Source of the DNA: a virus
Length of the DNA: 64,000 nucleotides
Strand: one strand, 5' to 3'
IMG/VR virus record: IMGVR_UViG_3300045256_000135
Location: 32,001 to 96,000 of that record
Position numbers and translations under genes: made by a program. This document shows positions 1 through 9,881 of this stretch, piece by piece; position 1 is the first letter of the stretch, and each line of letters starts with the position of its first letter. The notes below the pieces were generated by a model that saw only the letters and a program-made list of their open reading frames with translations, made no database searches and was not told the origin of the DNA.

Positions 1-1074
1 AATGAAGCACAGAACAGACGGACCGCTCTGAATGGGGTTCAATACCAATCTCCAGGAGTCAACATACCAAGTTTGCTGGAGAAGATCCAGAACCAAACCA
101 AACCAGGAGAGCTGAGTCACGACGATCTTAGCCCCGAAGAATCTAAAGCGATTGACCATTGCATCGAGAATGGGTTGGTTAGACAAGACTTGAACGGCGC
201 ACTTTATCTCAAAACGTGGGGGAAGCGCACGTTGGATGAAAGCATACCAAAGAAAGCATCCAAAGCAGATCTGATCGAATTTGGCCCACCAAATGAGTGG
301 TCGGGAGCAGTTGCAGGCATCCTTGGCCCAGAGCGTCGGAAAGCGCTGGAAGCCGAGTGGAACGCTCTGTCCAAGGACGAGAAGCGAAAGATCCAAGAGG
401 AGTTTAGCAAGAATTTTGACTTCAACTTTGACGTAACAGCAGTGGTTGCTAACCATGGCCCGGGCGATTCCGATGGGTGTGATCTAGACGAAGAGCTTTC
501 ACCACTTGAGAAGAAGAAGATTTCGGACGAGCTAAAGTACGAGTGGGAGGATTTGTCACCACTTGAGAAGAAGAAGATTTCGGACGAGCTGAAGTACGAG
601 GGAGCTAAGCGCGAACCAAAGTTCGCAAGCAACCAGACAGTTGATCAGTTGAAGGAATACGCGAAACAACGCGGACTTCAACCTGGCGATCCGAACTCGT
701 ACTTAGAGCTAGAAGTTCTGAAGCAGTCCGGCGTTCATTCATCGCAGTGGGATCCGCTGATTCGTGAAACCTTGGGTGCTGGAAACCCTGACTTGTTACC
801 ACTCACAGCATCTGGAGGTGGTGACCTCAACCCTGGTGATCGCTTCAGTGTCACTGAAGACTGTGATGGGTTGGAGCAAGGTGCCAAGGGTGTTGTGATG
901 CAAGTCCAAGACAAGTCCGTCAAGATCAAACTTGACGGGGACGATAACACCCGCTGGGTGAAGAAGGATCTCCTGAATCAAGACAAAGACAAAGAGTCTG
1001 TTTTGAAGGAGATCGAACAAGGCGACGAGGGTGGCGGCGACGGTGGTGGGCTAGCTGCTCTGATGGGTGGCTGA
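1..1074 (+). CDS. Hypothetical modular protein, 5'-partial, with internal repeat and C-terminal KOW/SH3-like domain
   Basis: Frame is open from base 1. C-terminal LNPGDRFSV...GAKGVV...VKIKLDG...WVKKDLL looks like an SH3/KOW barrel. Confidence 0.6.
   Translation, partial: NEAQNRRTALNGVQYQSPGVNIPSLLEKIQNQTKPGELSHDDLSPEESKAIDHCIENGLVRQDLNGALYLKTWGKRTLDESIPKKASKADLIEFGPPNEWSGAVAGILGPERRKALEAEWNALSKDEKRKIQEEFSKNFDFNFDVTAVVANHGPGDSDGCDLDEELSPLEKKKISDELKYEWEDLSPLEKKKISDELKYEGAKREPKFASNQTVDQLKEYAKQRGLQPGDPNSYLELEVLKQSGVHSSQWDPLIRETLGAGNPDLLPLTASGGGDLNPGDRFSVTEDCDGLEQGAKGVVMQVQDKSVKIKLDGDDNTRWVKKDLLNQDKDKESVLKEIEQGDEGGGDGGGLAALMGG
499..600 (+). repeat. Near-perfect 45 bp tandem duplication (57 bp period) encoding SPLEKKKISDELKYE twice
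   Basis: 499-543 and 556-600 differ at one base. Confidence 0.9.
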
Positions 1075-1090
1075 CAAACTACGGCTAGCT

Positions 1091-1129
1091 CCTTGATTTC
1101 TCGTACTTCATCATTATGATCATTGTATG
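1091..1129 (+). promoter_or_regulatory. Class-1 (early-type) promoter, copy 1, leaderless
   Basis: TTGATT(1093)-N16-TATGAT(1115)-CATTGT-ATG(1127). Confidence 0.8.
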
Positions 1130-1465
1130 GAGAAGCCGATCAAGACGCCACCGATTAAGCTGGCGTATCACTGGAACCAAGTCGAAGACTACATCAAGTT
1201 CAAGACTGGCAAAGACATTCGCGACTGGTCGGGCAAGTACGGTGCGAATGGTACCGATCTGAGTCGCCCGTACCAGGACATGTGGCACTGGTTGGTGTAT
1301 CGGTACGATCTTCACAACGGGTGCTATTTCTGCTTGGACATCTCTGACGAATCGATCAGCTGGGATGATACCGAGCACCTCTTCATCAAGGAGATCCTTG
1401 CTGTTCTGCGGGAGGAGTTTCCTGGAGACATTAAAACCGGTATGAACTGCTGGGTGTCCTGGTAG
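1127..1465 (+). CDS. Hypothetical phage protein
   Basis: ATG directly follows the conserved promoter motif. Confidence 0.75.
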   Translation: MEKPIKTPPIKLAYHWNQVEDYIKFKTGKDIRDWSGKYGANGTDLSRPYQDMWHWLVYRYDLHNGCYFCLDISDESISWDDTEHLFIKEILAVLREEFPGDIKTGMNCWVSW

Positions 1466-1476
1466 AGGTAAACAAC

Positions 1477-1821
1477 ATGAAATACAAGATGGTGATTGAA
1501 ATCGAAGTGGACGACGAGGACAAGGTGTTCGAACGTGCCTCTCTGCTTAGTCTTCTTGCTAAGCAGATGATGGAAGAGTCGCACGCAACTCGTGGTTTGT
1601 TCATTTGGGATCAGTTGGTGCAGAGAGGCCCGCAACTGATCACAGACATCGATGGAGATCGTGCTGGACAGTGGCAGGTCTGGAAAGTCGAGAGACTCGG
1701 TGTTCGATCTGCTTGTCAGCAGCGGATAGCACTGTCAGGAGCCGAGGCACAGGCTCTTGAGCACGCTTTGAGCAACTGTGAACGTGAACTCCGCAGAATT
1801 CAGCGCGGTGGTGTCAGGTGA
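1477..1821 (+). CDS. Hypothetical protein
   Basis: SD-like GAGGT upstream; tight gene packing. Confidence 0.65.
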   Translation: MKYKMVIEIEVDDEDKVFERASLLSLLAKQMMEESHATRGLFIWDQLVQRGPQLITDIDGDRAGQWQVWKVERLGVRSACQQRIALSGAEAQALEHALSNCERELRRIQRGGVR

Positions 1822-2017
1822 AGAAGGGCACTCGAGTCTGGATTTGTGACGGTTGTGGCAAACGCGAAACGTGGCAAAAGGGTTGGGCTATCTACCAGAA
1901 GTTGAGTCCCTGAAGAACAAACACGAGGACCCCAAGAAGTATCTGCCGCTAGCCGGGTGCTCGGAAGCTTGCTTGAGCAAGGCCCTTGACCAGGTTCTGT
2001 TCATAATCAGTCCTTGA
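1818..2017 (+). pseudogene. Small Zn-finger (CxxC...CSxxC) gene split by a -1 frameshift
   Basis: Frame 0 WICDGCGK stops at 1913; the -1 frame continues to AGCSEAC and TGA 2017. Confidence 0.4.
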
Positions 2018-2050
2018 TTTCTCGATGATCATTATTATGATCATTGTAGG
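2012..2050 (+). promoter_or_regulatory. Class-1 promoter, copy 2, with AGG in place of ATG
   Basis: TTGATT(2014)-N16-TATGAT(2036)-CATTGT-AGG. Confidence 0.75.
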
Positions 2051-2083
2051 AGAGAAATGACTACGTAGAAATCAATAGCTCCC

Positions 2084-2353
2084 TCAGTCAACATGGAACG
2101 CAATGAGTTCGGCTAATTGCTCCTCCAAGTCATACTTACCTGTTAGCGAATACACCTCTAGCACAACATAGCCCTCGGTGAGCGTGAAGTGCTCCAAACA
2201 GGTCTCCAAGTCCTGCTCTGAAAACGTCAATACGGGGACATCCACGTGCTTGTCAACTTTTGTGACAAGCATCATATGCCGAGCTTCACGCTGTTTCGCA
2301 TACAACAGCAGGTCTCTGATCTCAGCTTTTCCCACGACTAGCTCCATTCGCAA
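2084..2353 (-). CDS. Hypothetical phage protein, the only convincing minus-strand gene
   Basis: Fills a gap with no good + strand ORF; protein-like composition. Confidence 0.65.
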   Translation of the reverse strand: MRMELVVGKAEIRDLLLYAKQREARHMMLVTKVDKHVDVPVLTFSEQDLETCLEHFTLTEGYVVLEVYSLTGKYDLEEQLAELIAFHVD

Positions 2354-2419
2354 AAAGCTGATTGTCCGAAGTTATGTAAATCGTTCCCTGTTTCGTCTTC
2401 ATCTTATTATGATGATTGT

Positions 2420-2686
2420 ATGAACTTCAAGCAAAGGGTTGCCACTCAACTACAGCGGGTCCGGTCTGTGATGTCGAACTCCCGACAATGGTGGTACGAC
2501 GCCATTTACGGACGAGATTCGAACGGATGCTACCCAGATCTGGAAGTGAGTACCTGGTTGGTCAAAGAGCTGATTGCACGGAACTCTCTCGTGGAGCTTG
2601 ATGCAATGCCGGTTGACCAATTGATCAGCAAGATTCAAGAATTCACTGGGGCGAATGAGCAGAAAACGAAAGAAGCACTGTCCTGA
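2420..2686 (+). CDS. Hypothetical protein, probably leaderless
   Basis: TTCG(2392)-N12-TATGAT(2408)-GATTGT-ATG(2420). Confidence 0.65.
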   Translation: MNFKQRVATQLQRVRSVMSNSRQWWYDAIYGRDSNGCYPDLEVSTWLVKELIARNSLVELDAMPVDQLISKIQEFTGANEQKTKEALS

Positions 2687-2778
2687 CACCTGCCTTTGTT
2701 TGTGTCACGACGGGTTCGGGGGAGCTCACCCTGGTAAGAAGTGTCCAGGGAAGGACAAACCACCACCGGAGACGAGCA

Positions 2779-3963
2779 ATGCTGGTTGTCGAAATGATGT
2801 GGGAGTGCACCTACTGCCATCAAGCATCCCGAGGTCGGTTCAAGACCTGTGAGAACTGCAAAGCTCCTCGACATGCAGAAGCCAAAGAATGGATTGCTAA
2901 GGACACCCCTGTTCAAGATACGAAGCTCCTGAAGAAGTTCAAGGCTGGCAAGGACTGGACTTGCCCCTATTGCATGACAGAGCAATTTCGGGCTGATCAG
3001 GTCTGCACTAGTTGTGGTGCAGATTTCAGTCTTGCGGATCCGCAGAAAAAAGCTACCAGCCACACTCCTAAGAAGAAGCAAGAATCCGCGTACCGATCAA
3101 ATGCCCGACCAGCTGAGCAACAGCATAAGGAGAGGCGATCGGTTGCTCCGACAGTCACTGACTGGCCGAAGAAGCCACTCCCACCACTACAGCTCCGCTG
3201 GAAATGTCCCACATGGGTTTTGGTGGCCGCAGGGTCGATCGCACTGATTGGTTTGGCGTTGTTCCTCGGATTTCGAGAGCAGTCCTACACCACTACAGTC
3301 ACTGCAGTTCACTGGGTGCGAACTACAAACGTTGAGAGATATGCTCGAAGGTATTACGAGGGGTGGAGCCCCGACTTTGACGCTGAGGACATTCGGAGCG
3401 AAGGGCAGAGGATCCATCACTACGACCATGTCCTGGTAGGGTACCATTCGGAAACCTACCAGGAGTCTTATTCTTGCGGTCAGGATTGTACGACTCCAGC
3501 TTGCTACACAACCCCTCGGAACTGCACGAGTAACAAGAACGGATCTGCGACTTGCACCGGCGGCGACACTATCTGTCCGCCACGCACTTGCACACCCCGA
3601 ACGTGTTACCGTCCAGCCACCCGACAAGTCGCAGACTACGAAGACCAACCTCGCTACCAAACATGGTATAGCTGGTACAGCTGGAGGTGGGGTTTTCAGC
3701 GAGCAGTGAAGGTCGAGGGATTTGACTCCGACCCGTACTGGCCATCGGACTCTAGTGTGGCTTTGAACCAGTCCACCACTCGCGGGGAGACCGAGCGTGT
3801 TTCTGGCCAGGTTGAGACCTACGAAGTGTTCATGGCTTCCGGAGACAAGGCTTTCACTTACAAGCCCACCTCAGAGTCTGTCTTTAAACAGTTTCCGATC
3901 GGCTCTAAACATAGGATCAAGTACAGTATCCTGATGGGTGTAAGACCGATTACGAGTGAGTGA
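2779..3963 (+). CDS. Membrane protein with two N-terminal RanBP2-like Zn ribbons and a Cys-rich C-terminal region
   Basis: WECTYC...CENC and WTCPYC...CTSC; TM segment WVLVAAGSIALIGLALFLG. Confidence 0.75.
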   Translation: MLVVEMMWECTYCHQASRGRFKTCENCKAPRHAEAKEWIAKDTPVQDTKLLKKFKAGKDWTCPYCMTEQFRADQVCTSCGADFSLADPQKKATSHTPKKKQESAYRSNARPAEQQHKERRSVAPTVTDWPKKPLPPLQLRWKCPTWVLVAAGSIALIGLALFLGFREQSYTTTVTAVHWVRTTNVERYARRYYEGWSPDFDAEDIRSEGQRIHHYDHVLVGYHSETYQESYSCGQDCTTPACYTTPRNCTSNKNGSATCTGGDTICPPRTCTPRTCYRPATRQVADYEDQPRYQTWYSWYSWRWGFQRAVKVEGFDSDPYWPSDSSVALNQSTTRGETERVSGQVETYEVFMASGDKAFTYKPTSESVFKQFPIGSKHRIKYSILMGVRPITSE

Positions 3964-4657
3964 CTCAATGAAGCTAGTTTGCATCTCTGATACGCATGGG
4001 AAACACCGAGAGCTCGAAATGCCTCCGGGTGACGTGCTAATTCATTGCGGGGACGCTACTGGCAGTGGCGAGCTGGACATCATTCGCGACATGGCCAGGT
4101 GGGGCTTAACACTTCCGTACAAACGAAAGATCTTTGTGCCGGGCAACCACGACTTCTGTTTTGACATCTCGAAGTCACTGTTCAAACGTGATGCAGTAAA
4201 GGTGCTGGAGTCAAAGGGCTGGACCGTGTTGATCGACGGAGTCACCTACCTCCAGCAACCCGGAGAACGAGAGCTCAAGGTGTTTGGCAGTCCTTGGATC
4301 CCAAACCTAACCAACTGGGCATTCTACGACCGGAATCGTGACCAGTTCAGCACTGCTCCCCAGGACATTGACATCCTCGTCACTCACGGACCACCCTTCG
4401 GCATTCGTGATGGTGAAGAAGATGCGGGAGAGTCCGACGGGTGGTGTCACTACGGTAGCAAGCATCTGTTAGCGTATGTGAACCGTTGCTCGCGGTTGCT
4501 ACTGCATACGTTTGGGCATGTCCACCCAATGGGTGGACTAACACGGAACATGGTCCCATGGTTTTGCAATTGTGCTGTTATGGATGCTGAGTACAGGGTT
4601 GCTCGGAATCCAACGGTAATTGATTTGGACGAACTGAGAGGTGGGAATGTGCCTTGA
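3956..4657 (+). CDS. Calcineurin-like metallophosphoesterase (MPPED-type)
   Basis: SDTH, HCGD, GNHD, THGPP and FGHVH motifs. Confidence 0.9.
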   Translation: MSDSMKLVCISDTHGKHRELEMPPGDVLIHCGDATGSGELDIIRDMARWGLTLPYKRKIFVPGNHDFCFDISKSLFKRDAVKVLESKGWTVLIDGVTYLQQPGERELKVFGSPWIPNLTNWAFYDRNRDQFSTAPQDIDILVTHGPPFGIRDGEEDAGESDGWCHYGSKHLLAYVNRCSRLLLHTFGHVHPMGGLTRNMVPWFCNCAVMDAEYRVARNPTVIDLDELRGGNVP

Positions 4658-4772
4658 AGACGTTTGTAGACACATCCCAGATGTTCCGGTAGTAGACATC
4701 ATGTCTGGTGGTGTGCTTGGTTTCAGGTGTGTCTGTGGAGCAGTTGTGAGTTCGCTACAAAAGGAGTTGAAC

Positions 4773-5228
4773 ATGAGCGGGATGATGGAGCATGGAGCCA
4801 AGGGTCACGTGGCGGACCAACCGGTCAGTCTCACCCGTGAGTACATGAAGCTGGTGATCGAGCTGTCGTCTGTTGATAGCTTTGCCGTGGTTGTGGAGCA
4901 GAACGCAGTTAAGAAGGGCTTCCGTACACTGGAACCACTTCCGAACAAGGAGAATACTGCTACATTCTGCATTAACGAAGTGGCTGAAGTGGTCGAGTTT
5001 TGGGAAGCATTCAGAACAGATTCGCTCACCAAGCCGTGCGACAAGGCGGAGAAGATGAAGGCACTAGGTTTGCCAGAGCTCACTTGCGCTGAAGAAGAGG
5101 TTGCGGATCTGATCATCAGAGCACTTGATCGGGCTCGTGCGTATAAGGTGGACATCCCCCGAGCGCTCGCCACCAAGCACCTCTACAACACCACCCGAGA
5201 AGAGCTGCATGGCGGAAAGAAAGCCTGA
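4773..5228 (+). CDS. MazG-like nucleotide pyrophosphohydrolase
   Basis: EVAEVVE...EEEVADLIIRALD...KHLYN..R; AAGGAG SD before ATG 4773. Confidence 0.75.
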   Translation: MSGMMEHGAKGHVADQPVSLTREYMKLVIELSSVDSFAVVVEQNAVKKGFRTLEPLPNKENTATFCINEVAEVVEFWEAFRTDSLTKPCDKAEKMKALGLPELTCAEEEVADLIIRALDRARAYKVDIPRALATKHLYNTTREELHGGKKA

Positions 5229-5742
5229 CGCTCCCTTGGTTGATGTTAGGTACGTTCAAGCGTATCAGCGCTTTCTCGCCACTTCATTTGACGGGTGGAA
5301 GAAGCAGGCACTTGACGCAAAGACGGACCTCTACCAGTGGATCGCCAACCAGCACGCGTTTAGTACACTGTGTAGACGTCACCCGTGTTTCGTATTAGGT
5401 CTAGACGATTGTCACAGTCAGCTCAGTCTGCCAGCTCGGAGACCCGATCCGGCATTTCCGCATTGCTTGGATGCACTCTTGACTCCTGTGTTCAGGTATT
5501 GTTTGCCTGAGATTCAAGAGAAGCTCGATACCTTTAGTGGTTACCGAACGTTTAACAGCACTGACGAAGTTTGGGATGCTGCGAAAGTTTTGCCACCCGC
5601 TTGGGCAACCGCTATGTACATGTTGCATAAGCGAGGTTACGCTGGATGCAACATCCACCAAATCTTTGAAGAGCTCGTAGGCTACCCAAGCTTCGAGGCT
5701 AGTAGTCGGTGTGGGGAGACCGAACGGAGCTGGTTAACGTAA
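5209..5742 (+). CDS. Hypothetical protein
   Basis: ORF overlaps the upstream stop; start approximate. Confidence 0.55.
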   Translation: MAERKPDAPLVDVRYVQAYQRFLATSFDGWKKQALDAKTDLYQWIANQHAFSTLCRRHPCFVLGLDDCHSQLSLPARRPDPAFPHCLDALLTPVFRYCLPEIQEKLDTFSGYRTFNSTDEVWDAAKVLPPAWATAMYMLHKRGYAGCNIHQIFEELVGYPSFEASSRCGETERSWLT

Positions 5743-5746
5743 GATT

Positions 5747-5768
5747 TTCGAAAGCATAACTATATACT
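5747..5768 (+). promoter_or_regulatory. Class-2 (late-type) promoter candidate
   Basis: TTCG-N12-TATACT in an intergenic gap. Confidence 0.5.
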
Positions 5769-5815
5769 CGTATTGACTGTTCCTTGGTTAGAGACAGGTT
5801 TACCAGTCGAGATCG

Positions 5816-7426
5816 GTGAATACGATGAACGCCTACACTCAGTTCAAGAATCGGAAGCGGGCAGAGCGCGAAGTTCTTTTCGAGAAAGTTCGAGACGTTC
5901 TTCACAAGCAAGGGTCTGCCTGGGATCTTGCCGATCGAACGAAGGGCATTGGTAGACCAGGGTCGATGCCAGAGTCGATCACTGCGGCTCTGAACACCAC
6001 ACGTGAATTGCTGAACACGTTTCCGTTTCCGTCCACCCCACGCATTGAGTATGTGGGATCGAAGGTGTTCAAGACTGCGTCTGAAGATCGCTACGCAGCT
6101 ATTGATGAGGGGATCATCATGCTGACAGCTAGCTTCCGAACCCTCTCGGGTGTTCGGAACGAGATCGACATCCCTGTCTACATCAAAGAGGGTCAAGTTG
6201 TTCAGCCATCAGTGTTCCTGAGTGATGGTGTTATTCGCGTGATTGCTCCGAGTAGCATTGATGAGATGGTTCGAAAGGGTACCTTCACCCAGAAGATTCC
6301 AGAGCGGGCTATGTTCTCGCCACCTCTGGCGGGTGTTGCCCCACAGCAGGACATCAAGCAGAGAGTTCGTCTCAACCCCGGGATGTTCACAACGTCAGCT
6401 ACTCGTAAGCTGCTTGCAGCTGCTGTCCGTGGTGATGAGCGAGAGTTCCAGGCAGCTGCAAAGACTGTTTGGCAACTACCTGACCAAATCCCCTGCCCTA
6501 CTTGTGGCAATCGGGCACAGCAAACAATCAGCCTGCAAAGCCCAAACACTCCAACGTACTTTTGCGACATCTGCGATGACTACGTCCCAGAGGACAAGCT
6601 ACCAGAAGAAGCGCGGATTGCTTCGCTGAAGACTGCAGGCGAAGATGAGGAAGACGTTGAGGAGCACAACCTCCCGCCTGCCAAGGGTGACATGGTGTTC
6701 CAGGTCGGGGATCTTGAGACCATCGGAGATCGGGCCTTCGTTGACATCAGCTGGGATCCAGAGATCGCAGAAGGGTTCAGCAACAACGGGCTCAAGCAAG
6801 CGATTCTAAGCTTTGTCAACCAGCGGAGCACGCATAAGGAGCATCGTGACTGGGGAATGGTTGCGGACGTGCAGCTTGAGGAGTTGGACACAGACAAGGG
6901 AGAAGCAATTGTCAGTTTCAAGTCAAGTGAAATTGCTGCTCCACAGCTCGCTCCAGCGAAGTTGGAAGCACGTAAGGTTGCCGAAGAGAAACCAGAAGAC
7001 GGAGCTCTACTTAGTCAGGTAGACAGTGAACATCAGCCAGCTGAAAGAGATCACACAGACGACTTTCATGTTGGAGATGAGGTGAAGCTATCAGAGAAGT
7101 ACACAGTCAAGGGCCGTGGTGGTGGGATGGTGACATTAGACGCCAGCTCTAAGGGAGTGGTTATCACCGACAAGTTCGGTGATGGTCAGGTGTTCACTGT
7201 CGACTTCGATGGCGTGAAGGCTGATGTGAAGAAGGACTTCCTCAAGAAGGCTTCTGCTGGTGTAGACGTTCGAAAGATTGTTGCAGAGATCAAGTCATTG
7301 CGAGAGTATGGCTACAGCCCCATTGACGTGATCCAGGTTGCTCGGGAGCGCTACGGAACGCTTGGAGAGCAAGCCTTGAAGCAAGCGAAGGCAAAGGGCC
7401 TTCTGCAGTGGAACATGGAAGGGTGA
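5816..7426 (+). CDS. Modular protein (Zn ribbon, SH3/KOW-like), possible head protein
   Basis: CPTC...CDIC; FHVGDEVKL barrel; KTA/KVA/KKA motifs between modules. Confidence 0.7.
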   Translation: MNTMNAYTQFKNRKRAEREVLFEKVRDVLHKQGSAWDLADRTKGIGRPGSMPESITAALNTTRELLNTFPFPSTPRIEYVGSKVFKTASEDRYAAIDEGIIMLTASFRTLSGVRNEIDIPVYIKEGQVVQPSVFLSDGVIRVIAPSSIDEMVRKGTFTQKIPERAMFSPPLAGVAPQQDIKQRVRLNPGMFTTSATRKLLAAAVRGDEREFQAAAKTVWQLPDQIPCPTCGNRAQQTISLQSPNTPTYFCDICDDYVPEDKLPEEARIASLKTAGEDEEDVEEHNLPPAKGDMVFQVGDLETIGDRAFVDISWDPEIAEGFSNNGLKQAILSFVNQRSTHKEHRDWGMVADVQLEELDTDKGEAIVSFKSSEIAAPQLAPAKLEARKVAEEKPEDGALLSQVDSEHQPAERDHTDDFHVGDEVKLSEKYTVKGRGGGMVTLDASSKGVVITDKFGDGQVFTVDFDGVKADVKKDFLKKASAGVDVRKIVAEIKSLREYGYSPIDVIQVARERYGTLGEQALKQAKAKGLLQWNMEG

Positions 7427-7427
7427 G

Positions 7428-8207
7428 ATGCTACTTCAAGTCGGAGCAAAAGGTCCTGAGGTGCTAGCTTGGCAGGTTTTCCTTAACCAGCTCGGCTACG
7501 CAGTACCACCCCTTACTGCTGACGGGGACTTTGGACAGAAGACTAAGCTAGCTACTATCGAGTTTCAGAAGCGATTCAAGCTAGATGCTGATGGTATCGT
7601 GGGTCCGACCACGAGAGCTGTTGCTGCTGGGCTCGGATTCGCTGATACAAAACCAGCCCTCAGCAAGTACCCTTTCGTCCAATCCCTATACTTCACACCA
7701 GCCAATCGACAGACTGTAGACCTGGTAGTCATCCACACGATGGAGAATCAAGAGACTCCAGGACAGGCGATGAATGTTGCGAACTGGTTTGCGAATAAGT
7801 ACGCACCGAAGTTCCCTTCTCCAAGAGCTTCGTGTCACTACTGCGTAGACAACAAAGAGATTGTCCAATGCGTACTTGAACGCGATGTTGCTTGGCATGC
7901 AGACGCGGCGAACAGGAACGGGATTGGGATTGAGCATTCCGGGCGGGCAGCCCAATCAGTCACCGATTGGGCAGACGACTACTCTACTGCTCAACTACAG
8001 CTGAGCGCAAAGCTTACTGCTGAGATTTGCAAGCGGTACAACATTCCTGTTGTTTGGTTGAAAGCAGCTGAGCTGAAAGCTGGAAAGCGTGGGATCACTG
8101 GGCACGGCGATGTCACGCAAGCTTACCGAATCGGAAATCACACAGATCCTGGACCCAACTTCCCCATCGTTGGGTATCTAGATCTTGTGAAGGCTCAAAT
8201 GGGGTGA
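7428..8207 (+). CDS. N-acetylmuramoyl-L-alanine amidase (Amidase_2) with N-terminal peptidoglycan-binding domain; endolysin
   Basis: ADGDFG..T...FQ...ADGIVGP; VIHTME, AWHA, GIGIE, GH.D...HTDPG. Confidence 0.92.
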   Translation: MLLQVGAKGPEVLAWQVFLNQLGYAVPPLTADGDFGQKTKLATIEFQKRFKLDADGIVGPTTRAVAAGLGFADTKPALSKYPFVQSLYFTPANRQTVDLVVIHTMENQETPGQAMNVANWFANKYAPKFPSPRASCHYCVDNKEIVQCVLERDVAWHADAANRNGIGIEHSGRAAQSVTDWADDYSTAQLQLSAKLTAEICKRYNIPVVWLKAAELKAGKRGITGHGDVTQAYRIGNHTDPGPNFPIVGYLDLVKAQMG

Positions 8208-8424
8208 GCTGTGGAACGTCGAGCTCCAAGTGGTGGTTATCGACTTGGCTTGGCTGACTGTCCACATTGCAAAGCTACTGGGGTGGAGCCACCGCCAGAG
8301 GGTTTTTCAGTTACGTCCGAAGGGACTGTTAACGGTGGCACAAAGTGTACGTTTTGTGGCGGTGCTAAGCGTGTTGAATTGTCTAGGTTCAACACGTACA
8401 TAGGGCTGAAATAGGGAGCAACTC

Positions 8425-9198
8425 ATGAGCTTTGGACGAGGGTGGTGCCAAGACCCACCGATAGCAAGATTCAGACGGTTCGGATCGCCTTTGTCAACCT
8501 CCAGCTTGCCACTGAGCTCGCCAACCCGATTGTTTGAAGCTGCTAAGATCGGGAATCAGAAGCAAACTTCAAGCTGTGTTGGCTGGGCAGCTGCTCAAGC
8601 TATGTACACCTTCATGAAGGTGCATCATCAAGTTGACATCTTTCCCTCAGTACTGGGGCTGTACGGGTTAGGTCGGATTAGAGGTGGGGAGAGTATTCAG
8701 CACGGGAAACTTGTAGATGCTGGGAGCTTCCCAATTGCAGTGGTTGAAGCTAGCATGGACTGGGGTGTTCTAAGTTCGGAAGATCTCGAATTTGACGATG
8801 AGAAGATCAATGAACCTGTACCATGGGATTTGGTACAAAAAGCCTCAGTTCAACTGTCGAGTTGGCAAAGGTTTGGTTGGGATCTGTCTACCCGCGAAGC
8901 TGAGATCAAGTCCTATCTAGCTGCTGAAACACCGGTAATGTTCGGCATGCAGGTTACGGATGAGTACGAGCGCCTTAGAAGCGACCAGGTCTATGATGGC
9001 GATTCTGGCTTTTATAAGGGCGGTCACATGCAATGCATTGTCGCGTATGAAGAGGGTGTGGCAGTGGTTGCAGGTAGCTGGGGAACGAGTTTCGCGAACA
9101 AAGGTTTTGCACGAATCACATTCAGGGAGCTTTGTAGCTCACATCAGTACTCGGACTTCTACGCAATCAACAGCGCTCCACAATTAGGTAAGTCATGA
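8425..9198 (+). CDS. Papain-like (C1) cysteine peptidase
   Basis: Q.QTSSCVGWA, GGHMQCIVAY, SWGTSF...G. Confidence 0.85.
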   Translation: MSFGRGWCQDPPIARFRRFGSPLSTSSLPLSSPTRLFEAAKIGNQKQTSSCVGWAAAQAMYTFMKVHHQVDIFPSVLGLYGLGRIRGGESIQHGKLVDAGSFPIAVVEASMDWGVLSSEDLEFDDEKINEPVPWDLVQKASVQLSSWQRFGWDLSTREAEIKSYLAAETPVMFGMQVTDEYERLRSDQVYDGDSGFYKGGHMQCIVAYEEGVAVVAGSWGTSFANKGFARITFRELCSSHQYSDFYAINSAPQLGKS

Positions 9199-9881
9199 GC
9201 TCATCAGACATCTGGGTTGTTATCCATCCCGAAGTTACAGCACTTTCGGTAGTGCAAGTGCGACAGATGATGTCGGCAGTGCAAAAGCAACTCACACGGG
9301 ACTTTTGCCCTGCTTGGGATTTGAAATCTGTGAAGCTACACGGTCCGACAACTCCAAAACTCGTACCGTCTGGCGTTCGACAACTGGTGTTTCTCAATGA
9401 CGCAGACTCACCTGGGGCGCTTGGGTACCATTCGGACGACACCAGCGATGCTCCTGTGGGGAAGGTTTTTGTCAAAACCATCATGAAGTACAACGCGTCT
9501 GTCTCTGTCACCTTCTCGCACGAGGTGTTAGAGATGGTTGCAGACGCTTGGGCAAACTACTGGGCGGACAATGGCAAATCGACTCTGTACGCTCTGGAGG
9601 TCTGTGATCCTGTAGAGGAGCAAACCTACAAGGTGGGGACTGTGGATGTCTCCAACTTCGTTTTGCCCAGCTATTTTGATGCTACAGTTGAGGCGGGCTG
9701 TTCCAAGTTTGATTTCCTATCAAGCTTGAAGGCACCGTTTAGCCTAGCGTCTGGCGGGTACGTGATAAAGCAAGCGGGTGGGAAGATCACCCAGCAGTTT
9801 GCCAAAGCGTATCCAGCATGGCGAAAGCGGATGAAGAAGTTGGGCAAGAGTCGATCTGCTAAGCGAGGAGCTTTGAAATGA
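9195..9881 (+). CDS. Zincin-like metallopeptidase-fold protein
   Basis: ALGYH...SHEVLEM.AD...EVCDPVE. Confidence 0.65.
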   Translation: MSSSDIWVVIHPEVTALSVVQVRQMMSAVQKQLTRDFCPAWDLKSVKLHGPTTPKLVPSGVRQLVFLNDADSPGALGYHSDDTSDAPVGKVFVKTIMKYNASVSVTFSHEVLEMVADAWANYWADNGKSTLYALEVCDPVEEQTYKVGTVDVSNFVLPSYFDATVEAGCSKFDFLSSLKAPFSLASGGYVIKQAGGKITQQFAKAYPAWRKRMKKLGKSRSAKRGALK

